Assembly (NCBI GenBank): GCA_963760375.1 | Contig: CAVXCS010000003.1 | Coordinates: forward strand, 3,590 to 67,589 | DNA from: an uncultured Flavobacteriaceae bacterium | GTDB lineage: Bacteria; Bacteroidota; Bacteroidia; Flavobacteriales; Flavobacteriaceae | Reading direction: 5' to 3' | DNA: 64,000 nucleotides | Shown here: in pieces, positions 55,817 to 63,762 of the stretch | Position numbering within the stretch: the stretch's first letter is position 1 | Layout: each line of letters starts with the position of its first letter | Position numbers and translations under genes: made by a program | Notes under the pieces: generated by a model | Databases searched by the model: none | What the model saw: only the letters and a program-made list of their open reading frames with translations | What the model was told of the DNA's origin: nothing

Positions 55817-56869
55817 ATGAAGAGCGTACTTTTAATCGAAGATGATAAGGCCCTTAGGGAAAATACCGCCGAGCTGCTCGAACTATCGAACTATGCTGTA
55901 ATGACCGCTTCCAATGGGATTATCGGGATACAAATGGCCAAAGATCACCGGCCCGACGTTATTGTATGCGATATCATGATGCCGGAACTCGATGGATACG
56001 GCGTGCTCCAAAGCCTGGCCTCCCATGAAAATACCGTAAACATTCCCTTTATTTTTCTTTCGGCCAAAACAGAGCACAAGGAAATCAGAAAGGGGATGGA
56101 CCTTGGCGCAGACGATTACCTGACCAAACCTTTTGAGGAAGACGACCTGATCAGCGCCATTGAGAGCAGGCTGGCCAAGGCCGAGATATTGGCAAGAATG
56201 AACCAGGCACCTCCGGTTAGATCGGAAATTTCGGATGAAGAGATGCGGTCCTTGAACGAACTCAAGAATTTTTTTGATGATAATGGGGAAGAGGAACGCT
56301 TTGCCGAAGGTCAAATGATCTTCAAGGAAGGTACGCACACCCATAAAATTTACCTTATCCTAAAAGGCTTGGTGAAATGTCATAAAATCGATGCCGATGG
56401 GAAGGAATTGATCACCTCCCTTTACAGGGCAGATGATTTTTTGGGACTGACCTCTTTTATCAACAACGTGCCCTATCAAGAATCGGCAACGGCCATGGAG
56501 GAAGTGGTACTTGTAGGCATTTCAAAGTCGCGGTTAAAGGACGTTTTGGAGCAAAACCATTCCATTTCGCTGGAACTGATGGAACTCTTGACCCAAAACA
56601 TTACCGATATCAAGGGCCAATTGTTGCAGATGGCCTATAGTTCCGTGAGAAAGAAAACCGCCCAAACCCTGCTGCAGTTCGCAGAGGTCTTGAATAAAAA
56701 AACAGAAGATCCCATCAAAATTTCAAGGAACGATCTTGCCAGTGTAGCGGGCATCGCCACCGAAACCCTGATCCGTACGCTTAGCGGATTCAAGAAAGAA
56801 GGCCTCATCGCCATCGAAGGCAGGAACATCAGGATCAAGGAATTGAAAGCCCTGCATCACGTATCATAG
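55817..56869 (+). CDS. response regulator: REC + cNMP-binding + Crp/Fnr-type HTH (RR-Crp2)
   Basis: Same architecture as 5737..6807 and clearly paralogous (LLIEDD...DVIVCDIMMPELDG...GADDYLTKPF). HTH GIATETLIRTLSGFKKEGLI at about 56723-56785. Confidence 0.9.
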   Translation: MKSVLLIEDDKALRENTAELLELSNYAVMTASNGIIGIQMAKDHRPDVIVCDIMMPELDGYGVLQSLASHENTVNIPFIFLSAKTEHKEIRKGMDLGADDYLTKPFEEDDLISAIESRLAKAEILARMNQAPPVRSEISDEEMRSLNELKNFFDDNGEEERFAEGQMIFKEGTHTHKIYLILKGLVKCHKIDADGKELITSLYRADDFLGLTSFINNVPYQESATAMEEVVLVGISKSRLKDVLEQNHSISLELMELLTQNITDIKGQLLQMAYSSVRKKTAQTLLQFAEVLNKKTEDPIKISRNDLASVAGIATETLIRTLSGFKKEGLIAIEGRNIRIKELKALHHVS

Positions 56870-56907
56870 GGATCCTCGTCGATCAATGGATCATTTCACC
56901 CCATAAG

Positions 56908-56950
56908 TGATATTTATCATAACGGGATTTTATTTAGGGAGCTACATTTG
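56908..56950 (+). promoter_or_regulatory. motif-B operator plus -7 box (promoter of USP-2)
   Basis: AGTGATATTTATCATA with core at 56908-56919. Perfect TACATTTG at 56943-56950 starts 29.5 bp from the centre. Confidence 0.7.
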
Positions 56951-56997
56951 GAGGTAGTATGTTAAAAAACCGCCAACCAGCCCATGAAATTCCTTGA

Positions 56998-57831
56998 ATG
57001 AAGCAGATACTAGTTCCCACCGATTTTTCATCGAACGCATGGAATGCCTTTGAATTTGCCCGAAAGCGATTCGAACATGTTCCCTGTCGGTTTTATATCC
57101 TGCACGTGGCAGACCTTGCCGACTCGCCAGTAGTGTCCAATTCCTTGGTTTTTGCGAAGTCTGAAAACAAAGCTGCCAGAAAAGATTTGCGTACCCTTTT
57201 CGAAAGAATTTCGAGATTACCGCCCAATAAGAACCATAAATTCATGGCACTACAAGAATATGGCTATTTCGTGGATATGGTGCGTAAGTCCATTGCCGAG
57301 AACAACATCGATTTGCTGGTGATGGGAACCAAGGGTGCCGATGGGCTAAAGGAAAGTGTTATCGGCAGCAATACCGGCGATGTCATCCACAAGGTACATT
57401 GCGATATTATGATCGTTCCTGAAAACGCCGTTTTTCGGCCAGTTCATGAAGTGGTATTTCCAACGGAATTCAATGATTTTTACACCCACCATATCCTTGA
57501 ATCCATATCGGATCTTTTGGCCGAAGACCAAACGAATTTGCGTGTGATGCACGTGAAGGTCAACAACGGGAGGCTCAACCAAAATCAGGAATTCAATAGG
57601 GCCTACCTGGAGGATTATCTGGAGGAGGTTGCTGGGAATGCCCATTCTTTCCATACCATCACCAACACCAAGGTATCCAAGGCAATAGAGGTTTTTGTGG
57701 ACCAAATGGGCATCGATTTGGTAGTGATGGTGGCCAAGAATTTAAATTTTCTGCAACAGCTCTTTTTCGATTCCTCGATCAAGAAGCTAAGTTTCCACAC
57801 TGAGGTCCCGATGCTGGTATTGCACGATTAA
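56998..57831 (+). CDS. universal stress protein, tandem Usp domains (USP-2)
   Basis: ILVPTDFSSNAWNA..., MGTKGADGLKESVIGSNT, C-terminal ...VPMLVLHD. Confidence 0.85.
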   Translation: MKQILVPTDFSSNAWNAFEFARKRFEHVPCRFYILHVADLADSPVVSNSLVFAKSENKAARKDLRTLFERISRLPPNKNHKFMALQEYGYFVDMVRKSIAENNIDLLVMGTKGADGLKESVIGSNTGDVIHKVHCDIMIVPENAVFRPVHEVVFPTEFNDFYTHHILESISDLLAEDQTNLRVMHVKVNNGRLNQNQEFNRAYLEDYLEEVAGNAHSFHTITNTKVSKAIEVFVDQMGIDLVVMVAKNLNFLQQLFFDSSIKKLSFHTEVPMLVLHD

Positions 57832-57854
57832 ATGGCTTTTTTTTTCTTCCCCAC

Positions 57855-57897
57855 TGATAATTATCATAGATTTTAGCGACCTGCAACCATACTTTTG
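57855..57897 (+). promoter_or_regulatory. motif-B operator plus -7 box (promoter of USP-3/4/5 operon)
   Basis: ACTGATAATTATCATA with core at 57855-57866. Perfect TACTTTTG at 57890-57897 starts 29.5 bp from the centre. Confidence 0.7.
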
Positions 57898-58041
57898 AAC
57901 GGTAGTGCAATTGTATTTGGGGACAATCCCAGAGCCACGGATATTCTGTTGGCCGCACTGAATAGAATACCTTCGGAGTCCCATTTCAGTTGAAACAGCA
58001 GGTTCACAACTTTTACCGGGTCCCCGATCGACATAAAAAAA

Positions 58042-58893
58042 ATGCTGATGAGAACTGTTTTGATTCCCACCGATTTTTCCGCAAATGCCCGTCATGCCAT
58101 TGATTATGCATTGCAACTCTATAAATGCGAAAAGACCAATTTTCATTTTTTGCATGCCTATTCCGATTCGTTTTACGACTTGTTCAAGGCGGCCAAAACA
58201 GATAAAGTAGAGGAGCAGAAAGAAAAGGCCAAGATCAAATCGGATGCTTCCCTTCAAAAGCTTTTGGAAGAAGTAAGCTCCAAGACGAATAATCCGTTGC
58301 ATACCTACATGTCCATTTCCGCTTTCGACACCTTGGTCGATGCCGTGAACGATTTTGCCAATAAAATAAATGTAGATGCTGTGATCATGGGTACCAAGGG
58401 AGAAACTGCCGACAAAAAGATCACCTTCGGAAGCCACACGGTTCAAGTGTTCAAATATGTAAAATGCCCTGTTTTGGCCATTCCACAACAATGTGAATAC
58501 CAACAACCCAAAAAAATTCTTTTTCCGACCGATTATATGCTGCCTTACAAACGAAGGGAGCTCAAACTCCTCAACGATATGGCGGCCCAATTCAAATCTA
58601 AGATCTACTGTCTGTATTTCTCCGATTTTGAAGAGCTGAGCAATAGGCAGATCGACAACAAAAGGTTCCTGAGGGAATCGCTTTCCAAGGCCTATCTTTT
58701 TTACGAAAGACTGCCGGTCGACAACAAGGCCAAAGCTATTTTGGACTATATCGACAAAAACGATATTTCAATGCTGGTGATGGTGAATTCGCGCCATTCT
58801 TTTTTGGAGGATATGCTCTATCGCTCAACCGTCGATGAAATTGGGTTGCATGCCAACATTCCATTTTTGGTCATGCAAAACCTGCCCAGATAA
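58042..58893 (+). CDS. universal stress protein, tandem Usp domains (USP-3)
   Basis: VLIPTDFSANARHA..., MGTKGETADKKITFGSHT, C-terminal ...IPFLVMQNL. Confidence 0.85.
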   Translation: MLMRTVLIPTDFSANARHAIDYALQLYKCEKTNFHFLHAYSDSFYDLFKAAKTDKVEEQKEKAKIKSDASLQKLLEEVSSKTNNPLHTYMSISAFDTLVDAVNDFANKINVDAVIMGTKGETADKKITFGSHTVQVFKYVKCPVLAIPQQCEYQQPKKILFPTDYMLPYKRRELKLLNDMAAQFKSKIYCLYFSDFEELSNRQIDNKRFLRESLSKAYLFYERLPVDNKAKAILDYIDKNDISMLVMVNSRHSFLEDMLYRSTVDEIGLHANIPFLVMQNLPR

Positions 58894-58909
58894 TTTGATC
58901 CCTTACGAT

Positions 58910-59764
58910 ATGAAGAAAATACTTTTGCCCACCGATTTTTCTGAAAATGCATGGAATGCCATTGCCTATGCACTGGAATTTTTTAAAAATGAAAACTGCA
59001 CCTTTTACATCCTGCATACCTATACCCCTTTGTTCTATCGATTGGATTATATGATGGGCGGTCCGGAATTCAGTGCCGTTCCCGATGTAGGTGTCGATTT
59101 GTCGCTGGCGGGCCTGGAGAAAACCATGACCGACATAAAATCGCGCCATCCCAACAAAAAACATAGTTTTAAAACCGTTTCCGCCTTCAACACCCTCACC
59201 GATGAGATCAACAACCTATGTGAAAGCCATAAGATCGATTTGATCGTGATGGGGACCCAGGGGGCTACCGGAGCCAAGGAAATATTATTGGGCACCAATA
59301 CGGTGTACGTGATCAGAAAGGCCAAGGTGCCCGTATTGGCCATTCCGGAAAATTTCCGTTTCAAGCCGGTCCAAAAGATTTTGTTCGCAGTGGATTATTG
59401 GTCCCGCTATAAGGAGGCCGAGCTTAGATTCCTGAACGAAATGATTCATTTAAATGCCGCAAAGTTGATGGTGATGCATGCCGGTGAAGAGCAGGAATTG
59501 AAGGAAGTGCAGACCAAGAACAAAGCCTATCTGATGGATTATTTTAAGTCGATCGATGCGAAGTTCGAAGAAATGAAAGATCGGTACATGCCCAATGCCG
59601 TTCATGACTACATCGCTGAACAAAGCATAGACCTATTGGCCATGATGAACCGAAAACATTCATTTTTGGATAGACTGTTGGTCAAGCAGAATATAGATGC
59701 CATTGGGTACCATGTCAAAATTCCGTTTTTGGTAATGAAAGACACCGCAAAAATATCTAAATAA
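58910..59764 (+). CDS. universal stress protein, tandem Usp domains (USP-4)
   Basis: ILLPTDFSENAWNA..., MGTQGATGAKEILLGTNT. Start moved to the ATG at 58910, 17 nt after the USP-3 stop. Confidence 0.85.
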   Translation: MKKILLPTDFSENAWNAIAYALEFFKNENCTFYILHTYTPLFYRLDYMMGGPEFSAVPDVGVDLSLAGLEKTMTDIKSRHPNKKHSFKTVSAFNTLTDEINNLCESHKIDLIVMGTQGATGAKEILLGTNTVYVIRKAKVPVLAIPENFRFKPVQKILFAVDYWSRYKEAELRFLNEMIHLNAAKLMVMHAGEEQELKEVQTKNKAYLMDYFKSIDAKFEEMKDRYMPNAVHDYIAEQSIDLLAMMNRKHSFLDRLLVKQNIDAIGYHVKIPFLVMKDTAKISK

Positions 59765-59771
59765 GTAGCCG

Positions 59772-60614
59772 ATGCATAACATATTGCTGCCCACCGATTT
59801 TTCAGATGACGCATGGAATGCCATTTTTACTGCGCTAAAACTCTTTAACAAAGAAGAATGTAAGTTTTATCTGTTGAATGCCTACGAGCCCAATCTGCTG
59901 AACATTCTGGGCGACAAAAGTGAACAGCGCCTCGCGGCCATCTACGATTCCCTCGCCACCGAATCGCAACTGAAACTAAAGGAATCGTTAGCATACCTGA
60001 TCAAAAATCACGAGAATCCGAAACACAGTTTTGAAACTGTTTCAAAACGGGACGGCTTGGTGAATGCGGTTCGAGACCTTCAAAAACAACAGGGTTTTGA
60101 GCTGGTGGTCATGGGCACCAAAGGGGCGACCGGGGCAAAAGAGGTTTTTGTGGGGAGCAATACCGTTAAGGTGATCAAGGATATGCGGACTTGTCCGATT
60201 TTGGCGGTGCCGGGAGATTATAATTTTCAGGTATTGAAACAAATCGTTTTACCGACCGACTATACACATACATTTAAGGGGCCGGCACTTGCGTTGCCCA
60301 AATCCCTGGCCAAAAAGTGGGGTGCGCTGATCCACATCCTGTACGCCTCATCGGGACAAGATCTTGACCGGGAACAGCAAACCCATAAAAAACAGCTCGA
60401 GGCCCTCTTGGATGGTCTTCATCTAAACTTCCAGGAAATTGCGTTACAGGCCGATGTGTCGGATGCCATTGAAAGTTACGTTGGCGAGATCAATGCAGAT
60501 TTACTTATTTTGGTGCATCACCGGCACAGCTTTTTCGAAAAATTGACCAGGGAGGCGGTCATCAAAAAAATAGCCTTCAAATCGGAAGTTCCTTTATTGG
60601 TCATTCCTGATTGA
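59772..60614 (+). CDS. universal stress protein, tandem Usp domains (USP-5)
   Basis: ILLPTDFSDDAWNA..., MGTKGATGAKEVFVGSNT. It starts 8 nt after the USP-4 stop. Confidence 0.85.
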   Translation: MHNILLPTDFSDDAWNAIFTALKLFNKEECKFYLLNAYEPNLLNILGDKSEQRLAAIYDSLATESQLKLKESLAYLIKNHENPKHSFETVSKRDGLVNAVRDLQKQQGFELVVMGTKGATGAKEVFVGSNTVKVIKDMRTCPILAVPGDYNFQVLKQIVLPTDYTHTFKGPALALPKSLAKKWGALIHILYASSGQDLDREQQTHKKQLEALLDGLHLNFQEIALQADVSDAIESYVGEINADLLILVHHRHSFFEKLTREAVIKKIAFKSEVPLLVIPD

Positions 60615-60651
60615 AAGCGTGCTTTGATAAAATAGCAAGAGCAAAATCCGC

Positions 60652-60927
60652 TTATAAAGCGATGTCCGATTTGAAATCGCCTTGCATCCAGTTCTTGGAG
60701 TCCGGGGCGGTACAATTATAATCGGTTATCGGATGACCGATCCTGCGAAGTTCCTGTTTTACCTTTTCAAAACAACCGGGGCTGTCATATAGAAAGGAAA
60801 CCATCCCCCCGATGATATCGATGTCGACGATCCTGATATCGAGGATGCGACTGAGGTTTCTCATAATGGTATTCTGCGATTCGATCGATTTTAAATCTTC
60901 AATTTTTGCGGTGGCTTTCATGGGCAT
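60652..60927 (-). CDS. hypothetical small protein
   Basis: 91-aa ORF with a beta-alpha-beta-like pattern. No metal-binding CxxC motif and no family recognised. Confidence 0.45.
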   Translation of the reverse strand: MPMKATAKIEDLKSIESQNTIMRNLSRILDIRIVDIDIIGGMVSFLYDSPGCFEKVKQELRRIGHPITDYNCTAPDSKNWMQGDFKSDIAL

Positions 60928-60943
60928 ATTTTTCTGGGTTATG

Positions 60944-60985
60944 CAAAATTAAGGAAATGGTGACGCCTTTAAAATGACCTGGGTC
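60944..60985 (-). promoter_or_regulatory. motif-B operator plus -7 box (promoter of 60927..60652)
   Basis: AATGACCTGGGTCATG with core at 60974-60985. Minus-strand perfect TAATTTTG at 60951-60944 starts 28.5 bp from the centre, one bp off the usual spacing. Confidence 0.55.
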
Positions 60986-61044
60986 ATGTGTGTGCTTTTT
61001 TATTTTACCTTGGTTTGTAATTCTAAATAAATAATGGGGATCTA

Positions 61045-62019
61045 ATGGTCAAAGAATATGTCATAGGCATCGATATCGGGGGTACTTTTACCAAAATCGG
61101 ACTGGTGGATGCGGAAGGAGCCGTCCTTAAAAACACCGTCTATAAGACCGGGGCAAATGCCGCTTTTGGAGATTTCTTGAAAAAGTTGGAAATGGAAGTG
61201 GTCCTGCTCAAAAACGCACTCAATGACAATGATAGGCTGATATCGATCGGGGTAGGCGCCCCCAATGCCAATTATTTGACCGGAAATATGGAACATCCCG
61301 TGAATTTTAGATGGGGCGATATAGTACCTTTGGTCACTGAAATCGAAAAACTATTTGGATTGCCGGTTCATATTGCCAATGATGCCAACGCTGCCGCCTT
61401 GGGCGAACTGTATTTCGGGTCGGGAAAAAATATGAAGGATTTTGTGATCCTGACTTTGGGTACCGGACTGGGCAGTGGTATCATCGCCAATGGCGAAATT
61501 TTAAGAGGGGCCCACGGCATGGCGGGGGAAATCGGCCACGTGAACGTAGACCCCAACGGGCGTAATTGCAAATGTGGCCTTCAGGGCTGCTTGGAGACCT
61601 ATGCGTCGGTAACCGGCATTAAAAGGACGGTTTTTGAGCTGTTGGCCGAAATGACCGATGAATCCTTGATGCGGCAGATAAGCTATGATGAAATGACCGG
61701 CGAAACAATTGCCAACGCCGCCCTGGAAGGCGATGTGGTCGCCTTGAAGGCGTTCGAAAAAACCGCTTCGGTCTTGGGCAGTAAAATGGCAGACACCGCC
61801 GCCCACCTCGATCCCGAGGCTTTTATTTTGAGTGGGGGACTCAGCAAGGCCGGGGCCATCCTTTTAGATCCCGTAGTCGCCAGTATGGAAGAAAACCTGT
61901 TTAAGGCCTACAAGGGCAAAATCAAGGTCATGATTTCCGACCTTCCGGGTGCAAGTGCGGTTTTGGGTCCCGCTGCCTTGGCATGGCAGCAGATCGATCG
62001 CTCCAAAACCAAAGCCTAA
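61045..62019 (+). CDS. glk: ROK-family glucokinase
   Basis: N-terminal ATP motif IGIDIGGT. ROK Zn motif GHV...C.CG..GCLE (EIGHVNVDPNGRNCKCGLQGCLE). Confidence 0.8.
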   Translation: MVKEYVIGIDIGGTFTKIGLVDAEGAVLKNTVYKTGANAAFGDFLKKLEMEVVLLKNALNDNDRLISIGVGAPNANYLTGNMEHPVNFRWGDIVPLVTEIEKLFGLPVHIANDANAAALGELYFGSGKNMKDFVILTLGTGLGSGIIANGEILRGAHGMAGEIGHVNVDPNGRNCKCGLQGCLETYASVTGIKRTVFELLAEMTDESLMRQISYDEMTGETIANAALEGDVVALKAFEKTASVLGSKMADTAAHLDPEAFILSGGLSKAGAILLDPVVASMEENLFKAYKGKIKVMISDLPGASAVLGPAALAWQQIDRSKTKA

Positions 62020-62468
62020 CGTTCCAACAAATGCTCCAAGCGCTCGCTGTCGACCACAAATTCGGTCAACTTAAAAAGCTCTTTTCGGTTGACGCGCACA
62101 CTTTTGACGAATGCTGCGATCTCATCTTCCAATTCCTCATGATCGGCGCGAAATACCTTGGTGTTGAATTTTGTGGAATCATCGATAAGTCGCGCGATCT
62201 GTGACAGATGGTTGTCCAATCGATCCAGCAGTTTATCGCAGGCCAAGGTATCTTCAAGAATATTCTGGCCAATGGTCTGCACCGCCTTCAAATTCTCCGT
62301 TTTGGTGATCCAGATAAAATATTTGTCCAGAAGATGGTGAAGGAACTTCAAATCGTCTTTGTAAAAAAGCAGATCCGATTTCCAATGTTCCGTCAAAACA
62401 TAAAGTTCTTGCCACTGTGAATTTTGCAAATAGTTGTCTTTTGGACGCATTCTATAGTCATTCATCAC
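62016..62468 (-). CDS. hypothetical helical protein, paralog family member 3
   Basis: QWQELYVLTEHWKSDLLFYKDDLKFL signature, as in 1406..1792 and 4004..4411. Confidence 0.6.
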   Translation of the reverse strand: MMNDYRMRPKDNYLQNSQWQELYVLTEHWKSDLLFYKDDLKFLHHLLDKYFIWITKTENLKAVQTIGQNILEDTLACDKLLDRLDNHLSQIARLIDDSTKFNTKVFRADHEELEDEIAAFVKSVRVNRKELFKLTEFVVDSERLEHLLER

Positions 62469-62500
62469 ATTCGAATTTAAGTGAAAAAATAATTGTCTAT

Positions 62501-62543
62501 TAAAGGTAGTTTGGACAATTCTGGGAATACATGATTTCGGTCA
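62501..62543 (-). promoter_or_regulatory. motif-B operator plus -7 box (promoter of 62468..62016)
   Basis: CATGATTTCGGTCATG with core at 62532-62543. Minus-strand TACCTTTA at 62508-62501 starts 29.5 bp from the centre. Confidence 0.6.
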
Positions 62544-62551
62544 TGGGAACC

Positions 62552-62842
62552 TTATTCGAAACGTCGGAGCTTGTTTCTCAGCAGATTGATTTCCTCCTGC
62601 ATCCCGTTGATGCGGTGCAACAGTTGTTGTATCACCTCGATGCCCTCCAAGTTGATGTCGAGATCGGTATAGAGTCGTATGATCCGTTCCGCTTTGGGCA
62701 GTTCCTCATGCTGAATATATGGGGTCTGGGCTTCATGTATGATTTCAATGAGGCCATACTCGTGCCATTGCAACACGAATTGAGGGCTAATGCCGTGACT
62801 GTTACAAAATTCACTTAAGGCGATGTTTTCATAAATGTCCAT
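62552..62842 (-). CDS. cbpM: chaperone modulator CbpM-like (MerR-type HTH)
   Basis: 96 aa, collinear with E. coli CbpM (..EFC...GIS......IV..G..E......W.F...). It lies directly downstream of the CbpA-like gene. Confidence 0.7.
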   Translation of the reverse strand: MDIYENIALSEFCNSHGISPQFVLQWHEYGLIEIIHEAQTPYIQHEELPKAERIIRLYTDLDINLEGIEVIQQLLHRINGMQEEINLLRNKLRRFE

Positions 62843-62845
62843 AAC

Positions 62846-63745
62846 CTATGTTTTTTTTAGCTGGGCCAATTCCTTAAACAGTTCTTTTTCTCGATCGCTG
62901 AGATGGGTCGGTATTTTTAGTTGGTAGGTGATAAACAGATCGCCGTGGCCCCCTTCTTTTTTATAGATCGGAAATCCTTTATCCTTCAATTTGATTTTTG
63001 CACCGTTCTGCGTCCCAGGCCTTACCTTTAACTTGGCCTTCCCATCAAAAGTATCAACGGTAATTTCTCCGCCCAGTACGGCGGTATAAAGATCGAGATC
63101 CACCGTGCGGTACAAGTGATTGCCGTCCCTTTTGAACGGCGTGTTGTTTTCTATGGAGAAAGTGATATAAAGATCCCCGTTCGGGCCTCCATTGCGCCCG
63201 GGTCCACCATGACCTTTGATTTTGATGGTCTGTCCATTTTCTATCCCTGCGGGAATGGTAATCCTGATATTCTTGTCGTTGACCGTCAGGGTCTGTTTTT
63301 GGGTGGTGTGGACATCGCGTAACTGCAACCGCAGTTCGGCATTGAAATCCTGCCCCCGGAATTTTACCTGTCTTTGTCCGGAATTGGCACCGCCTCCACC
63401 GAACATCGATTCAAAAAAATCGGAGAAATCGCCTCCCGAAAAGCCTCCGCCAAAGGGTTGTCCCGCACTGCCTCGGCCCCTCGATTGGTCGGCTTGTCTT
63501 GCTTTTTCGAAGGCTTCGGCATGTTGCCAGTCCTTTCCGTATTGATCATATTTTTTACGGTTTTCCGCATTGCTCAAAACCTCGTTCGCCTCGTTGATTT
63601 GCTTGAATTTGGCTTCCGCGCCTTTGTCGTTCGGGTTGACATCGGGATGGTATTTACGGGCCAGTTTGCGATAGGCTTTTTTGATATCGCTTTGCGAGGC
63701 GTTTTTGGATATCCCTAAAATCTTATAATAATCGATATACTCCAC
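62846..63745 (-). CDS. cbpA: J-domain co-chaperone, CbpA type
   Basis: J domain ([33 protein letters not shown]), a G/F-rich linker, two C-terminal beta domains and no zinc finger. 299 aa. Confidence 0.85.
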   Translation of the reverse strand: MEYIDYYKILGISKNASQSDIKKAYRKLARKYHPDVNPNDKGAEAKFKQINEANEVLSNAENRKKYDQYGKDWQHAEAFEKARQADQSRGRGSAGQPFGGGFSGGDFSDFFESMFGGGGANSGQRQVKFRGQDFNAELRLQLRDVHTTQKQTLTVNDKNIRITIPAGIENGQTIKIKGHGGPGRNGGPNGDLYITFSIENNTPFKRDGNHLYRTVDLDLYTAVLGGEITVDTFDGKAKLKVRPGTQNGAKIKLKDKGFPIYKKEGGHGDLFITYQLKIPTHLSDREKELFKELAQLKKT

Positions 63746-63762
63746 GTTCAGTTCAAATTATT

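Noticed and set aside
214-58590. Many long ORFs in the track lie antisense to, or out of frame with, recognisable genes. Examples: 214..549, 1496..1993, 11148..11765, 17652..18404, 19038..19814, 31363..32016, 37080..37661, 43616..44251, 49488..50288, 51458..52225 and 57787..58590.
   Set aside because: Each is fully contained in a gene with strong family motifs on the other strand or frame. Their translations are low-complexity or Arg/His/Gly-rich, with no recognisable motifs. I treat them as shadow ORFs.
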